Below are positions 1 to 10,092 of a stretch of 64,000 nucleotides of DNA, one piece after another. The notes under the pieces are model-generated. The model was not told the origin of the DNA, ran no database searches, and saw only the letters and a list, made by a program, of their open reading frames with translations. The stretch is from contig OZ220480.1 of NCBI GenBank assembly GCA_965116025.1, positions 1,440,001 through 1,504,000 of the forward strand. Reading direction: 5' to 3'. The translations under genes and the position numbers were made by a program. This DNA comes from an uncultured candidatus Porisulfidus sp. (GTDB taxonomy: Bacteria; Pseudomonadota; Gammaproteobacteria; Poriferisulfidales; Poriferisulfidaceae). Each line of letters opens with the position of its first letter. Within the stretch, counting starts at the first letter, position 1.

Positions 1-1279
1 TATGTATTTTCCATGCACGGGGGCTTTCTACTCGGTCCACCCGTTTTCTTCCTCCCCACCAAGCGGCACAGTTGGCCAAGTGCTCTCGGAGGATGGGCTT
101 ATTTTTCGAGTATGCTTTTTGCCCTTCGGGGACGAGGTGTTCCCAGAACCAGATATCTTTCGTCGATGTTCCTTTTTCGAAGAATAGCAGATTGGTTCCG
201 ATTGATGCGTAAGGGCGGAATACTGAATTTGGTAGGCGCACAATCGTGTGGAGATTGCACTTCTTCATTAGATGTTCCTTGAGCCGGGTTTTGACACCTT
301 CGCCAAAGAGCGAGCCATCGGGTAGAACCACTGCGGCCCGGCCACCAGGCTTGAGGATGCGCATGATCAGGGCGAGAAACAAATCCGCCGTCTCGCTTGT
401 TCGGAAGTGTTTCGGGAAGTTGGAATCGATGCCCGGTTCTTCCTTACCGCCGAATGGCGGGTTGGTTAGTACGATATCTACTTTTTCATTCCGTCCCCAA
501 GAAACATAGGAGCGGGCTAGCGTATTGTCATGGCGAAGGAAGGATGGATCTTCAATGTTGTGCAGAAGCATATTGGTCACCGCGAGCATATGCGGAAGCG
601 GCTTCTTCTCAAATGCGCGAAGAGAAGACTGAATTTTGGCTTCGTCTTCTGGCAGTTTCACGTAACGCTCACGCATATGCCGGATGGCGCAGGTGAGAAA
701 GCCGCCTGTGCCACAGGCAGGGTCGAATAACGTCTCGCCTGGCTTCGGGTCGACCATCTCGACCATAAAGGACGTGATAGCGCGCGGCGTATAGTATTCG
801 CCTGCGTTGCCTGCTGACTGCAGGTTATTCAAGATCTGCTCATAAATATCGCCGAAATGTTCTCGCTCGGCTAGCTCATTAAAGTTAATCTTATTAATCT
901 TATTAATGACCTGTCGAATTAACTGTCCAGATTTCATGTAATTGTGTGCGTCTTCAAAGACACTTCGGACAACTGTGGCGCGTGGATCATTACTGGATGG
1001 TAACTCTTTCAGAGTAGGAAAGAGGTCTTCATCTAAAAAAGAAATTATTTCCTTCCCAGTTTTTCCTTCTGGGTCGCCAGCCCAGTTGCGCCACTGCAAT
1101 CTGGCGGGAACAGGAGAGCAGTAGTTGTCCTTGATTTCTTCAAGCTCTTGATCTTGGTCATCAATTATCTTGAGAAAAAACATCCAACACAGTTGGCTGA
1201 TGCGTTGCGCTGCCCCATCAACGCCTACATCTTGACGCATGACATCCTGAATAGATTTGATTATCGTATTGATAGACAT
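1..1279 (-). CDS. hsdM: Type I restriction-modification methyltransferase subunit M (3' end runs off the window)
   Basis: Not in the ORF track because no stop falls in the window. Manual translation from ATG at 1279 gives MSINTIIKSIQDVMRQDVGVDG..., with GEYYTPR, motif I FDPACGTGGFL and motif IV TNPPFGG. It starts 2 nt after the hsdR stop. Confidence 0.93.
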   Translation of the reverse strand, partial: MSINTIIKSIQDVMRQDVGVDGAAQRISQLCWMFFLKIIDDQDQELEEIKDNYCSPVPARLQWRNWAGDPEGKTGKEIISFLDEDLFPTLKELPSSNDPRATVVRSVFEDAHNYMKSGQLIRQVINKINKINFNELAEREHFGDIYEQILNNLQSAGNAGEYYTPRAITSFMVEMVDPKPGETLFDPACGTGGFLTCAIRHMRERYVKLPEDEAKIQSSLRAFEKKPLPHMLAVTNMLLHNIEDPSFLRHDNTLARSYVSWGRNEKVDIVLTNPPFGGKEEPGIDSNFPKHFRTSETADLFLALIMRILKPGGRAAVVLPDGSLFGEGVKTRLKEHLMKKCNLHTIVRLPNSVFRPYASIGTNLLFFEKGTSTKDIWFWEHLVPEGQKAYSKNKPILREHLANCAAWWGGRKRVDRVESPRAWKIH

Positions 1280-1281
1280 AT

Positions 1282-3681
1282 TTAGGCGGCTTCCTTGTAG
1301 AGAGCGGTTTGGAGATCTCGTACCGCCCGCTTGAAGCCTCGTTTGTTGCCGAAACGGCGGATTAACTGGAGTGGAGTTCCAATCATATTAAACGGAGGGG
1401 TTCTGAGTACATTGGCATTGTCTAGATCAAGTACACCATCATCGGCATATTTGTCGAGCAGTTTGTCAAGCACGTTGCGACATTGTCGTCCATATTTAGT
1501 GAATACGTCGAGTTTTTTTACGTTTTCGGCTCGCTCGCGGCGAGTTAGAGGCTTGGAATCAAAAGCGATATAGCAAATAAGGTCGAAGGGGTCTAACTTC
1601 TCCATACCTAGTTCTTCCGCGATTACAGACAGTACTAACCCCTCGGCCTGCATGCCGTCAATCATTGCCTGTTTGCGTTCGGCACCGCTCCACCGCATCA
1701 GGAAATCATCCAAACTAGAGAAGCGCTTTCGCAGTTTCTTTTTCGTGAAGCCTCGTAAAGTTTCAGTTCTGGGCCTGCCATTCTTGTCTACATAAACAAC
1801 TCGTTCGGCGATGATGTGTGCATGAATGCCATCAATATAGATTTTTTTTCCGCCCCTTGGAGGTAAGGGATCTTGGCTGACTTCAATTTTGCTACCATCA
1901 AAAAGATCGGTAGGTTGGATGGAGTCGCCATTGAGTGGAGGGGCTATAGGTTCATCCTCCTTGGGTGTATATATCTGCACCGGGTCACCATCGAATTCAG
2001 GATCCGCGAAATGGTTGGTTGCGCCGCGAAAGTCAAGAAGAGTGAAGTAGTGCTTATGCGTATCTTCGTGCACCCTGGTGCCACGCCCGACGATTTGCTT
2101 GAACTCGGTCATTGATCCGATATTGCGGTCGAGCACGATTAACCGACAGGTTTGCACGTCAACGCCAGTGGAGAGCAGTCGTGAAGTTGTGACCAGAACG
2201 GGATATCTAGATTCTGGATCAATGAAATTGTCCAGCTCGTTCTGTCCATCTTGATCATCACCAGTGATGCGCATGACGTAGCGCACGTCTTCGCCGACAA
2301 GATCAGCGTTCTCGTTAATCAATGCCTGACGCATTCGTGCGGCATGTTCTTGGTCGACACAAAAGATAATAGACTTCTGGAAGCGGTCGCTACTCTCTTT
2401 CAAAAAGGCCGTTATTTTTTGCGCCACCAGTTTTGTGCGTCCGTCTATGACTAGTGTGCGGTCAAAGTCTCTGATACCGAAAATCCGATCATCAACTTTC
2501 ACGCCGTCGCGGTCAAGTTGGTCTTTTTTCGGGCGATAGCCATCGATATCAAGATCTATATGGACCTTTATCACTTTGTAGGGGGCAAGGAAACCGTCGT
2601 GGATGCCTTGTTTCAACGAATAGGAAAATATTGGATCTCCGAAGTAGGCAATATTGGAGATGTATTTGGTTTCCTTTGGCGTGGCGGTAAGACCTATTTG
2701 GGTCGCTGATGAGAAGTATTCAAGGATTTCGCGCCAAACCGAGTCCTCGTCCGCGCTACCCCGGTGACATTCATCTATCACGATCAAATCGAAAAAACTT
2801 GGCGAGAACTTTCGATATATCTTTTTGTGATCTTCCGGGCCTGTTATCGATTGATACAAAGCGAGATAGACTTCATAGGCGTGATCAACGCTCACGTTTT
2901 CGCCATCACGTGTTATTGTTCCCGTTTGCGTGGACAGTTTTGCCATCGCCTTTCCAAACGGGCTGAAATCATTCACTCTCGCTTGGTCGACCAAAACCTT
3001 ACGATCAGCGAGAAACAGGATCCGCTTCTTGCGTCCCGCCTTCCACAGTCGCCAGATGATCTGAAAAGCGGTATAGGTTTTTCCTGTTCCCGTGGCCATA
3101 ACGAGCAGAATTCGGTCCCGCCCTTTGGCGATAGCCTCGGTCACCGCGTTGATAGCATTTACTTGGTAGTAGCGTGGGGTTTTGCCTCCGGCATCCTCAT
3201 GGTAATCCTGAAGCACGATCTCTTCGGCTTCAGGATTCAAGCCTTTCCAAGCGCGATAGCGTACCCACAGGTTATCAGGCGAGGGAAATGCGTCCATGGC
3301 GAGGTTTCCTTCCATCCGCTCACTCGAGCCGGTACGGTCGTGACACACGAATCCGTTTCCATTGGATGAGAACGCGAAAGGAACCTCCAATGCTTCAGCA
3401 TAGGCGAGTGCTTGTTGCATACCATCGCCAACAGCATAGGAGTTTTTCTTCGCCTCAATTACCGCGATGGGCAGACGGGGTTTGTAGAAGAGGACGTAGT
3501 CGGCGCGCTTGCGCTGTTCGCGTGTTGCTAACTTGCCGCGCACAACGATACGGCCAGCAGTGAAGCTATACTCTTCGAAGATTTGTTGCATATCCCACCC
3601 CGCTTTATACAAAGCGGGAGTAATGAATTTGGTGCAGATATCGCGTTCTGACAAATTTTGCGGGTTCACCCTAGTATTCAA
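1282..3681 (-). CDS. hsdR: Type I restriction endonuclease subunit R (EcoAI/EcoEI-like)
   Basis: 799 aa. N-terminal nuclease motif ADYVLF...IEAKK, Walker A MATGTGKT, DECH box, QIVGRGTR motif VI. Adjacent to hsdM. Confidence 0.95.
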   Translation of the reverse strand: MNTRVNPQNLSERDICTKFITPALYKAGWDMQQIFEEYSFTAGRIVVRGKLATREQRKRADYVLFYKPRLPIAVIEAKKNSYAVGDGMQQALAYAEALEVPFAFSSNGNGFVCHDRTGSSERMEGNLAMDAFPSPDNLWVRYRAWKGLNPEAEEIVLQDYHEDAGGKTPRYYQVNAINAVTEAIAKGRDRILLVMATGTGKTYTAFQIIWRLWKAGRKKRILFLADRKVLVDQARVNDFSPFGKAMAKLSTQTGTITRDGENVSVDHAYEVYLALYQSITGPEDHKKIYRKFSPSFFDLIVIDECHRGSADEDSVWREILEYFSSATQIGLTATPKETKYISNIAYFGDPIFSYSLKQGIHDGFLAPYKVIKVHIDLDIDGYRPKKDQLDRDGVKVDDRIFGIRDFDRTLVIDGRTKLVAQKITAFLKESSDRFQKSIIFCVDQEHAARMRQALINENADLVGEDVRYVMRITGDDQDGQNELDNFIDPESRYPVLVTTSRLLSTGVDVQTCRLIVLDRNIGSMTEFKQIVGRGTRVHEDTHKHYFTLLDFRGATNHFADPEFDGDPVQIYTPKEDEPIAPPLNGDSIQPTDLFDGSKIEVSQDPLPPRGGKKIYIDGIHAHIIAERVVYVDKNGRPRTETLRGFTKKKLRKRFSSLDDFLMRWSGAERKQAMIDGMQAEGLVLSVIAEELGMEKLDPFDLICYIAFDSKPLTRRERAENVKKLDVFTKYGRQCRNVLDKLLDKYADDGVLDLDNANVLRTPPFNMIGTPLQLIRRFGNKRGFKRAVRDLQTALYKEAA

Positions 3682-3806
3682 GCCTCGGCTTCAGTTTTGA
3701 TGAATGAGATAGATTGTAAATCATGAAGGCGGAGATATCATTTCGGAGGGAATTATAGCGATTGTTTGACAAGGTGAGGATCAAGGCCCCATATTAAAAC
3801 CATTGT

Positions 3807-3835
3807 TTGACATTATTTCCTTTATATTCAATACT
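3807..3835 (+). promoter_or_regulatory. Putative sigma70 promoter of the transposase
   Basis: TTGACA (3807-3812), 17-nt spacer, AATACT (3830-3835), in an AT-rich tract ahead of a GGAG RBS and ATG 3875. Confidence 0.45.
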
Positions 3836-3874
3836 ATTCTGCATAGTGACGGTGCAACATAATTGGAGACTCAC

Positions 3875-4798
3875 ATGAAAAGAACCGCCAACACCTTGAG
3901 CCTGTTCGACCTGATGCGGATGTATCCGGCCGAAGAGGACGCGATCCGATACCTGGAGCGTATCCGTTGGGGATCCACCCCCCGTTGCGCCCGTTGCGGC
4001 TCCCCCGACAAAATCAGCCCGAACAAAAAGCGGTTCGGCGATTACTGGTGCGGATATTGCCGCCAGTACTTCAATGCCAAGACGGGCACCCCGCTGGAGC
4101 ACAATCGCATCCGTGACCAGAGGAAATGGATTTTCGCGTCCTACCTCCTGATGACGGCTCGCAAGGGCATCAGCGCGATGCAATTGCACAAGGAGCTGGA
4201 CATCAGTTACAAGGCGTCTTGGTATCTGCTTCACCGCTTGCGCCTCGCGTGCGGCTCCAAGATGGAAGCCCTGCGCGGCATCGTAGAGGTCGATGAGGTT
4301 TATCTCGGGGGCGAAGAGGAAAACAAGCATGAGAGCAAGCGACTGAAAGTAGGGGGCGGAGCTGGTGGCAAACAGGCCGTCATCGGAATGCGCGAGCGCG
4401 GCGGTCGCGTCCAGGCGATGCCGATCGAAAAGACCGACAAAGAAACCTTGCGAGGCGTCGTGCGCGGCCATGTGAGGTCAGGCTCGACCATCTGCACCGA
4501 TGACAGCCCTTCCTACCGTGGCGTAGCCAACCGGCATCGCACCGTGAACCATAGCGCGAAGGAATATGTGAATGGCATGGCTCATGTCAACGGGATCGAA
4601 TCGGTCTGGGCAGTCCTCAAGCGCGGATTCAACGGCACCTATCACAACTGGAGCAAGAAACATTGTCGCCACTATGTGAACGAATTCGCGTTTCGGTTGA
4701 ATGAGGGAAATTGCGAGAGGGACACGCAGGACAGGTTGGATGACCTGTTTCGCGCCATGACGGGCAAGACCATCACCTACGAGGAGCTTACGGCATGA
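3875..4798 (+). CDS. IS1595-family (ISXO2-like) DDE transposase
   Basis: N-terminal zinc ribbon (CARC...CGYC), HTH region ISAMQLHKELDISYKASW, catalytic motifs VEVDEVY, ICTDD and HVNGIESVW, and the YVNEFAFRLN tail. Confidence 0.95.
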   Translation: MKRTANTLSLFDLMRMYPAEEDAIRYLERIRWGSTPRCARCGSPDKISPNKKRFGDYWCGYCRQYFNAKTGTPLEHNRIRDQRKWIFASYLLMTARKGISAMQLHKELDISYKASWYLLHRLRLACGSKMEALRGIVEVDEVYLGGEEENKHESKRLKVGGGAGGKQAVIGMRERGGRVQAMPIEKTDKETLRGVVRGHVRSGSTICTDDSPSYRGVANRHRTVNHSAKEYVNGMAHVNGIESVWAVLKRGFNGTYHNWSKKHCRHYVNEFAFRLNEGNCERDTQDRLDDLFRAMTGKTITYEELTA

Positions 4799-4816
4799 GC
4801 GGGCTATACTGGGGGA

Positions 4817-4984
4817 ATGATGGACGAGAAGACGCGGAAGAAGCTGGACAAGGCGATGCGGGCGTTGCTCGGCATGGGCGAGGTTCCGCTGCACGAAGAA
4901 CCGAAATTCACGAAATCGGATTTGAGAAGGAAGTTCCGCTTGCGCGTGAATCGCAAGGGCGACGGACGAATCGAGGAAGTTTGA
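4817..4984 (+). CDS. Small basic passenger ORF inside the IS (55 aa, unknown function)
   Basis: MMDEKTRKKLDKAMRALLGMGEVPLHEEPKFTKSDLRRKFRLRVNRKGDGRIEEV, preceded by a purine-rich GGGGGA stretch and ending immediately before the right IR. Confidence 0.45.
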   Translation: MMDEKTRKKLDKAMRALLGMGEVPLHEEPKFTKSDLRRKFRLRVNRKGDGRIEEV

Positions 4985-5007
4985 ATCCTCACTTTGTCAA
5001 ACAATCG

Positions 5008-7149
5008 CTATAATTCCCATTTCGGAGGTGCTGCACGGATCAAGTCGAGGACATCCCGCGCGAGTTTGGTTTCCGGGTCTAGGGCGAGCGCGCGCTCAAG
5101 GCTCTCGCGCGCCTCGTCGACGCGGCCCATCTGGTACAGCACCAGCCCAATGTTGCCGCGCGTGATCGCGTGGTCGGGCTCGAGCGCGGCGTACTTCCGG
5201 TAAAGCCCCAACGCCTCCGCGAGGCGGTTCTGCTTGTAGCGCGTCATGGCGAGTCGGTCGAGCGCGCCGACGTGGTTTGGCTGATCCTGCAGGGTTAGTT
5301 CATAGTAGCCCGCGGCCTGTTCCATGCGGCCCAGCGCCAAAGCCGCGTTTCCCATGATCACGTGCAGGTTTGGCACGGCCGGAAGGTTGGGATCAAGGGT
5401 GATCGCTCGCCCCATGGCTTCGATCGCCTCCTCGTGGCGCTCCAGTTCATGCAGGACGGCTCCCTTCCCGCCATAGGCCGCCGCGCTGTCGGGATTACGC
5501 CGTATGACCTTTTCGTATTGTCGCAACGCCTCCTCGTGCCGCCCCTGTAGCCGGATCGACTCGGCCAAATTCTGCATCAAGGAAGCGTCGCGTGGCTTGA
5601 TCCTCAAGCCATCTCGGAAGATGGCCTCCGCCTCGGCATGCTCGCCTTGGTTGTGGAGTAGCAGACCGAGACCGTTGTAGGGATGCGGAAAGTCCGGCTT
5701 CTTGGCCATGGCGGCGCGCGCCATGGCGAGCGCCTCGTCCCTGCGTCCAGCTTTCTCCAGAGCTTCGGAGAGATTGTGGTGCGCGGTTCGGGCCTTTGGA
5801 TTATGTTCAATAATATAGCTGAAGAAGGTGATCTCGTCGCGGTACAGTCGCGATTGCTGCCAAGACAGCGTCGCCAGCGCGCCCACCCCGATCAGGGCTA
5901 TGCCCAAGACGCCTCTTCGCCCGATCGGTGGCAGCCGAGAGGCCCAGCTCGTCCCGGCGCCGATGAGCGCGGCCATCACGCCGATGCCCGCTAGATACTG
6001 ATAACGATCAGCGACGAAGGAGAACTTCATGTATCCGTAGTCGACGAAGCCGAGCACCGGCGACAGCGTCACCACGAAGAACGCCGCCGCGGCCATCGGC
6101 CCGCGTCCGATCCGTCCGCGCGCGAGCCACAGCGTCGTCGCCAAGGCGAGGGCCGCCGCCACGTAGCCCCAGGCCATCCAGCTCTTGGCGCCGATTTCCC
6201 AGAACGGGTAGATCACCACCAGATCGACCGGCCACAGTAACTTGCTCAAGTAGAACCACAGGGCGCCCGCCGCGATCTGGGCTCGCTCGATGAGCGAGTA
6301 GTCGAAATCCAACGGCTCCCGATGGGATATGTACAAAAAATCGCCTAGAGTTATGACGAATCCCACCGCGAAGAGCGGTAGCAGCGGCTTGATGTCCGCC
6401 CAGGCGATGCGCCCATGTTTCCACCAGCACAGTATTGGCAACGCCGCTAACAGGGTGATCGTGACGGTCTTGCTCAGCAAACTCATGGCGAACAGGCCTA
6501 TCGCCAGGAAATAGGGTCGCCAGCTCCGCGTCTCCAAAAAGCGTAGCCAGAGCAATGCGGCGCCAAGATAAAGCGTCCCCGAAAGCAGGCCCTTGCGCTC
6601 GATGATCCAGGCCACCGATTCGACGTGCAGCGGATGAACGGCGAACGTGGCGGCGATCAGCCATGCGCCGGGCACGGAAAGGCGTAGCATCAGCCGCCAC
6701 ACCAGCAGAGTGTTGAGCGCCTGGAGCGCGGTGTTGACCACGCGATAGCCAACGGGCTCGAGTCCCCATATCTTGTGCTCCAGCCAGAAGCTCGTGTAGA
6801 GGACTGGCCAGTAGTGTCCTTCCATGGCGATTGATTTCGGGTGGAACCAGATATCCCAAAGGCCGCTCCATTCCCGGACCGGGGTCGCGGACGTGAAAAT
6901 AACATCGTCCCAGATGAACGTGCCCATGAGGGCCGGGTAGTAGCTGATGATTACCAGCGCGATTAGCAACAGGACGCCGAGCCTCGCGTGGCCGGGAAAG
7001 TCGCTCGGCGGGCCGTTTGGCGTGAAGAACGAGGTCAGGCTCCATGACGCGCGCACTATGGGCGCGGGATGTTCCTCGCGGCTCCCGGTTCGCGTCTTGA
7101 CCGTTTTCTGGCCCCTACGCTCGACTTTGCTTCGTCTCGCCTTGCCCAT
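5008..7149 (-). CDS. TMTC-like multi-pass membrane protein (putative GT-C glycosyltransferase) with C-terminal TPR repeats
   Basis: About 11 hydrophobic segments with FIWDD, HPLHVESVAWI.ERK and VADRYQY motifs, followed by several TPR units (AHHNL, PYNGLG, AYGGKG, TRGNIG). Confidence 0.8.
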   Translation of the reverse strand: MGKARRSKVERRGQKTVKTRTGSREEHPAPIVRASWSLTSFFTPNGPPSDFPGHARLGVLLLIALVIISYYPALMGTFIWDDVIFTSATPVREWSGLWDIWFHPKSIAMEGHYWPVLYTSFWLEHKIWGLEPVGYRVVNTALQALNTLLVWRLMLRLSVPGAWLIAATFAVHPLHVESVAWIIERKGLLSGTLYLGAALLWLRFLETRSWRPYFLAIGLFAMSLLSKTVTITLLAALPILCWWKHGRIAWADIKPLLPLFAVGFVITLGDFLYISHREPLDFDYSLIERAQIAAGALWFYLSKLLWPVDLVVIYPFWEIGAKSWMAWGYVAAALALATTLWLARGRIGRGPMAAAAFFVVTLSPVLGFVDYGYMKFSFVADRYQYLAGIGVMAALIGAGTSWASRLPPIGRRGVLGIALIGVGALATLSWQQSRLYRDEITFFSYIIEHNPKARTAHHNLSEALEKAGRRDEALAMARAAMAKKPDFPHPYNGLGLLLHNQGEHAEAEAIFRDGLRIKPRDASLMQNLAESIRLQGRHEEALRQYEKVIRRNPDSAAAYGGKGAVLHELERHEEAIEAMGRAITLDPNLPAVPNLHVIMGNAALALGRMEQAAGYYELTLQDQPNHVGALDRLAMTRYKQNRLAEALGLYRKYAALEPDHAITRGNIGLVLYQMGRVDEARESLERALALDPETKLARDVLDLIRAAPPKWEL

Positions 7150-7415
7150 TAAATTCTCAACGCTCGCCAGCGGGTGGAGCGCCAGCCGGATGCCGTGCCG
7201 ATTCTACAATCTGTCGCGTATGGATGCTGGTCGACAGGGTCGCCAGGCGCGTCTATTCTGCCAGTTTGGCGATGATAGCGATCTCTGCCAGCAGAAAGCT
7301 GGTCGCGACGACGGGGGCTCGGCTGAAAAGAATTCCCGGTCTCGCCGTTTATTGAAAGCGAAACGCATACGCTATACTTTCGCCGCGCCTTCATTAGACG
7401 TGATTTTCCCCTTCA

Positions 7416-9341
7416 GTGCCTGACATAACGCTTCCCGACGGTTCCGTCCGTGGGTTCGAACGCCCGGTCACGGTGATGCGAATCGCCGAGGATATCGGGC
7501 CCGGACTGGCCAAAGCGACGCTGGCCGGGCGAGTCAATGGAAAACTGGTGGACGCCTGCGTCGAGGTGGCGGAGGATGCCGAGGTGTCCATCGTCACCAG
7601 CCGCGACGAGGAAGGAATCGAGATTCTGCGGCACTCGCTAGCGCACATGCTCGGACAGGCGGTCAAGCAGTTGTATCCGGACGCGCGCATGGCGGTCGGT
7701 CCAGTCATCAAGGATGGGTTCTATTACGACATCGCTCACGAGGAGCCTTTCACCGAGGCGGACCTCGAGAAGATCGAGGCCAGAGTGCGGGAGCTGGTCG
7801 CGCGGGACTACGACGTGCTACGGGAAGTGGTGTCGCGCGAGCGGGCCCGCGAGGTGTTCGAGGAGCGCGGGGAGACCTACAAGGCGCGGATCGTCGACGA
7901 GATCCCGGAAGGCGAGGAGATCGCGCTGTACCACCACCAGGAATACGTCGACATGTGCCGCGGCCCGCATGTACCGAACACGCGTCACCTGCGGGCTTTC
8001 AAGCTCACCAAGCTGGCAGGGGCTTACTGGCGGGGCGACTCCCGCAACGAGATGCTACAGCGAATCTACGGCACCGCCTGGGCGAATGAGAAACAGTTGC
8101 GCGCGTATCTGCGTCGGCTGGAAGAAGCGCGGAAGCGCGACCATCGCAAGCTCGCCCGCGCGATGGATCTGTGCCACTTCCAGGAGGAGGCGCCGGGCAT
8201 GGTGTTCTGGCATGCCAACGGCTGGATCCTGTACCGCCAGTTGGAGGCGTATATTCGAGAGCGTTTGGACCAAGCGGGCTATCAGGAGGTGCACACGCCG
8301 CAGATTCTCGACCGTTCCCTGTGGGAGCGGTCTGGACACTGGGACAAGTTCGGCGAGATGATTTTCACCACCGAATCCGAAAGCCGGGAATACGCGGTCA
8401 AGCCGATGAACTGTCCGGGGCATGTGCAGCTGTTCAACCAGGGTCTCAAGAGCTACCGGGATCTCCCGTTGCGAATGGCCGAGTTCGGCACCGTGCACCG
8501 CAATGAGCCGTCGGGCACCTTGCACGGGTTGATGCGGGCGCGCCGGTTCGTGCAGGACGACGCGCATATCTTCTGCGCTCCGGAGCAGATGCAAGACGAA
8601 ATCGCCGACTTGATCGACCTGACGCGGACGACGTATCGGGACTTCGGGTTCGAGGATGTCATCCTGGGGCTTTCGACCAGGCCCGACCGGAGAATCGGGG
8701 CGGACGACCTATGGGATCGGGCTGAGGAGGCGCTGGACGAGGCGCTGGCGGCCACCGGGCTGGAGTACGTCACGCATCCGGGCGAGGGCGCGTTCTATGG
8801 TCCGAAGATCGAGTTCACCTTGACCGACTGCATCGGGCGCGAGTGGCAGTGCGGCACGATCCAGCTGGACTTCTCGATGCCGGATCGATTGGGGGCGCGT
8901 TACGTGAACGAGAGCAGCGAGAAGGCGGTTCCGGTCATGATCCACCGCGCCATCTTCGGTTCATTGGAGCGATTCATCGGCATCCTGATCGAGCACTACG
9001 CCGGTGACCTGCCGCTGTGGCTGGCGCCGCGCCAAGCGATGGTCCTGAACATCACCGATGCCCAGGCCGAGTACGCTTCCGAGGTGACGGCGCGACTGCG
9101 GGGAGTCGGCGCGCGAGTCGGAAGCGACCTGAGAAACGAGAAGATATCCTTCAAGATACGGGAGCACACGCTCGCGCATGTCCCGTACCTGCTGGTGGTG
9201 GGCGACCGGGAGCGCGAGAGCGGGACGGTCGCGGTGCGCGCTCGTGGCGGAGCGGACCTGGGTCCGGTACCGTTGGAGGAGCTGGCCGAGCGGTTTGCTG
9301 GTACAATTCGCGCTCGCAGATCAAATCTGATGGAGGATTGA
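7416..9341 (+). CDS. thrS: Threonine--tRNA ligase
   Basis: TGS N-terminus [41 protein letters not shown]. Confidence 0.98.
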   Translation: MPDITLPDGSVRGFERPVTVMRIAEDIGPGLAKATLAGRVNGKLVDACVEVAEDAEVSIVTSRDEEGIEILRHSLAHMLGQAVKQLYPDARMAVGPVIKDGFYYDIAHEEPFTEADLEKIEARVRELVARDYDVLREVVSRERAREVFEERGETYKARIVDEIPEGEEIALYHHQEYVDMCRGPHVPNTRHLRAFKLTKLAGAYWRGDSRNEMLQRIYGTAWANEKQLRAYLRRLEEARKRDHRKLARAMDLCHFQEEAPGMVFWHANGWILYRQLEAYIRERLDQAGYQEVHTPQILDRSLWERSGHWDKFGEMIFTTESESREYAVKPMNCPGHVQLFNQGLKSYRDLPLRMAEFGTVHRNEPSGTLHGLMRARRFVQDDAHIFCAPEQMQDEIADLIDLTRTTYRDFGFEDVILGLSTRPDRRIGADDLWDRAEEALDEALAATGLEYVTHPGEGAFYGPKIEFTLTDCIGREWQCGTIQLDFSMPDRLGARYVNESSEKAVPVMIHRAIFGSLERFIGILIEHYAGDLPLWLAPRQAMVLNITDAQAEYASEVTARLRGVGARVGSDLRNEKISFKIREHTLAHVPYLLVVGDRERESGTVAVRARGGADLGPVPLEELAERFAGTIRARRSNLMED

Positions 9342-9343
9342 GT

Positions 9344-9862
9344 ATCAGCGCAGAGAAAGAGATTCGCCTCAATGAGGATATCAGCGTGCCGCGCGTGCGG
9401 CTGATCGATCAGGGCGGCGTCAACCGGGGCATACTGAGTCTAAGCGAGGCCCAGCGTCTCGCGACTGATGCCGAGATGGATCTGGTCGAGATTTCCCCCA
9501 ACACCAGGCCCCCAGTGTGCAAGGTCATGGACTACGGGAAGTTCCGCTTCGAGCGAAAGAAGAAGGCGCAACAAGCCCGGAAGAAGCAGAAGCAGATCCA
9601 GATCAAGGAGGTCAAGTTCCGACCCGGCACCGAGGAGGGCGACTATCAGGTCAAGCTTCGCAACTTGATTCGGTTCCTGAGCGACGGGGACAAGACCAAG
9701 GTGACGATTCGCTTTCGGGGAAGGGAGTTGCATCACCGAGAGCTGGGGGAGCGCAAGCTGAGTCGAATCGAGGAGGATCTCAAGGAGTACGGCGAGGTCG
9801 AGCAATTTCCGAAGATGGAAGGTCGCCAGATGATCATGGTGATCGCGCCGCGCCGCCGTTGA
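9344..9862 (+). CDS. infC: Translation initiation factor IF-3 (probable non-AUG ATC start)
   Basis: [39 protein letters not shown] at 9332-9337 lies 6 nt before an in-frame ATC, and no ATG precedes the conserved N-terminus. Confidence 0.95.
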   Translation: MSAEKEIRLNEDISVPRVRLIDQGGVNRGILSLSEAQRLATDAEMDLVEISPNTRPPVCKVMDYGKFRFERKKKAQQARKKQKQIQIKEVKFRPGTEEGDYQVKLRNLIRFLSDGDKTKVTIRFRGRELHHRELGERKLSRIEEDLKEYGEVEQFPKMEGRQMIMVIAPRRR

Positions 9863-9888
9863 CCCCGCGCTGAACGCACCGAAGAGCC

Positions 9889-10086
9889 ATGCCGAAACTT
9901 AAGACTAACCGGGGCGCGGCCAAGCGGTTCCGCAAGACCGCCAGCGGCAAGTTCAAGCGCCGCCAGTCGTACCGCAACCACATCCTCACCAAGAAGAGTT
10001 CCAAGCGCAAGCGCGGCTTGCGCTCGCCGGACCAGCTGGACTCCGCCGACGCCGCCTCGGCGCGGCGGTTGTTGCCCTACGCCTGA
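9889..10086 (+). CDS. rpmI: 50S ribosomal protein L35
   Basis: [14 protein letters not shown]...HILTKK; synteny. Confidence 0.98.
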   Translation: MPKLKTNRGAAKRFRKTASGKFKRRQSYRNHILTKKSSKRKRGLRSPDQLDSADAASARRLLPYA

Positions 10087-10092
10087 CCGATC

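Larger units (their letters stand above)
3748..5018 (+). mobile_element. IS1595-family insertion sequence, 1271 bp
   Basis: 34-bp terminal IRs at 3748-3781 (GGGAATTATAGCGATTGTTTGACAAGGTGAGGAT) and 4985-5018, one mismatch. Flanked by the 8-bp direct repeat ATTTCGGA at 3740-3747 and 5019-5026. Encodes a transposase. Confidence 0.95.
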
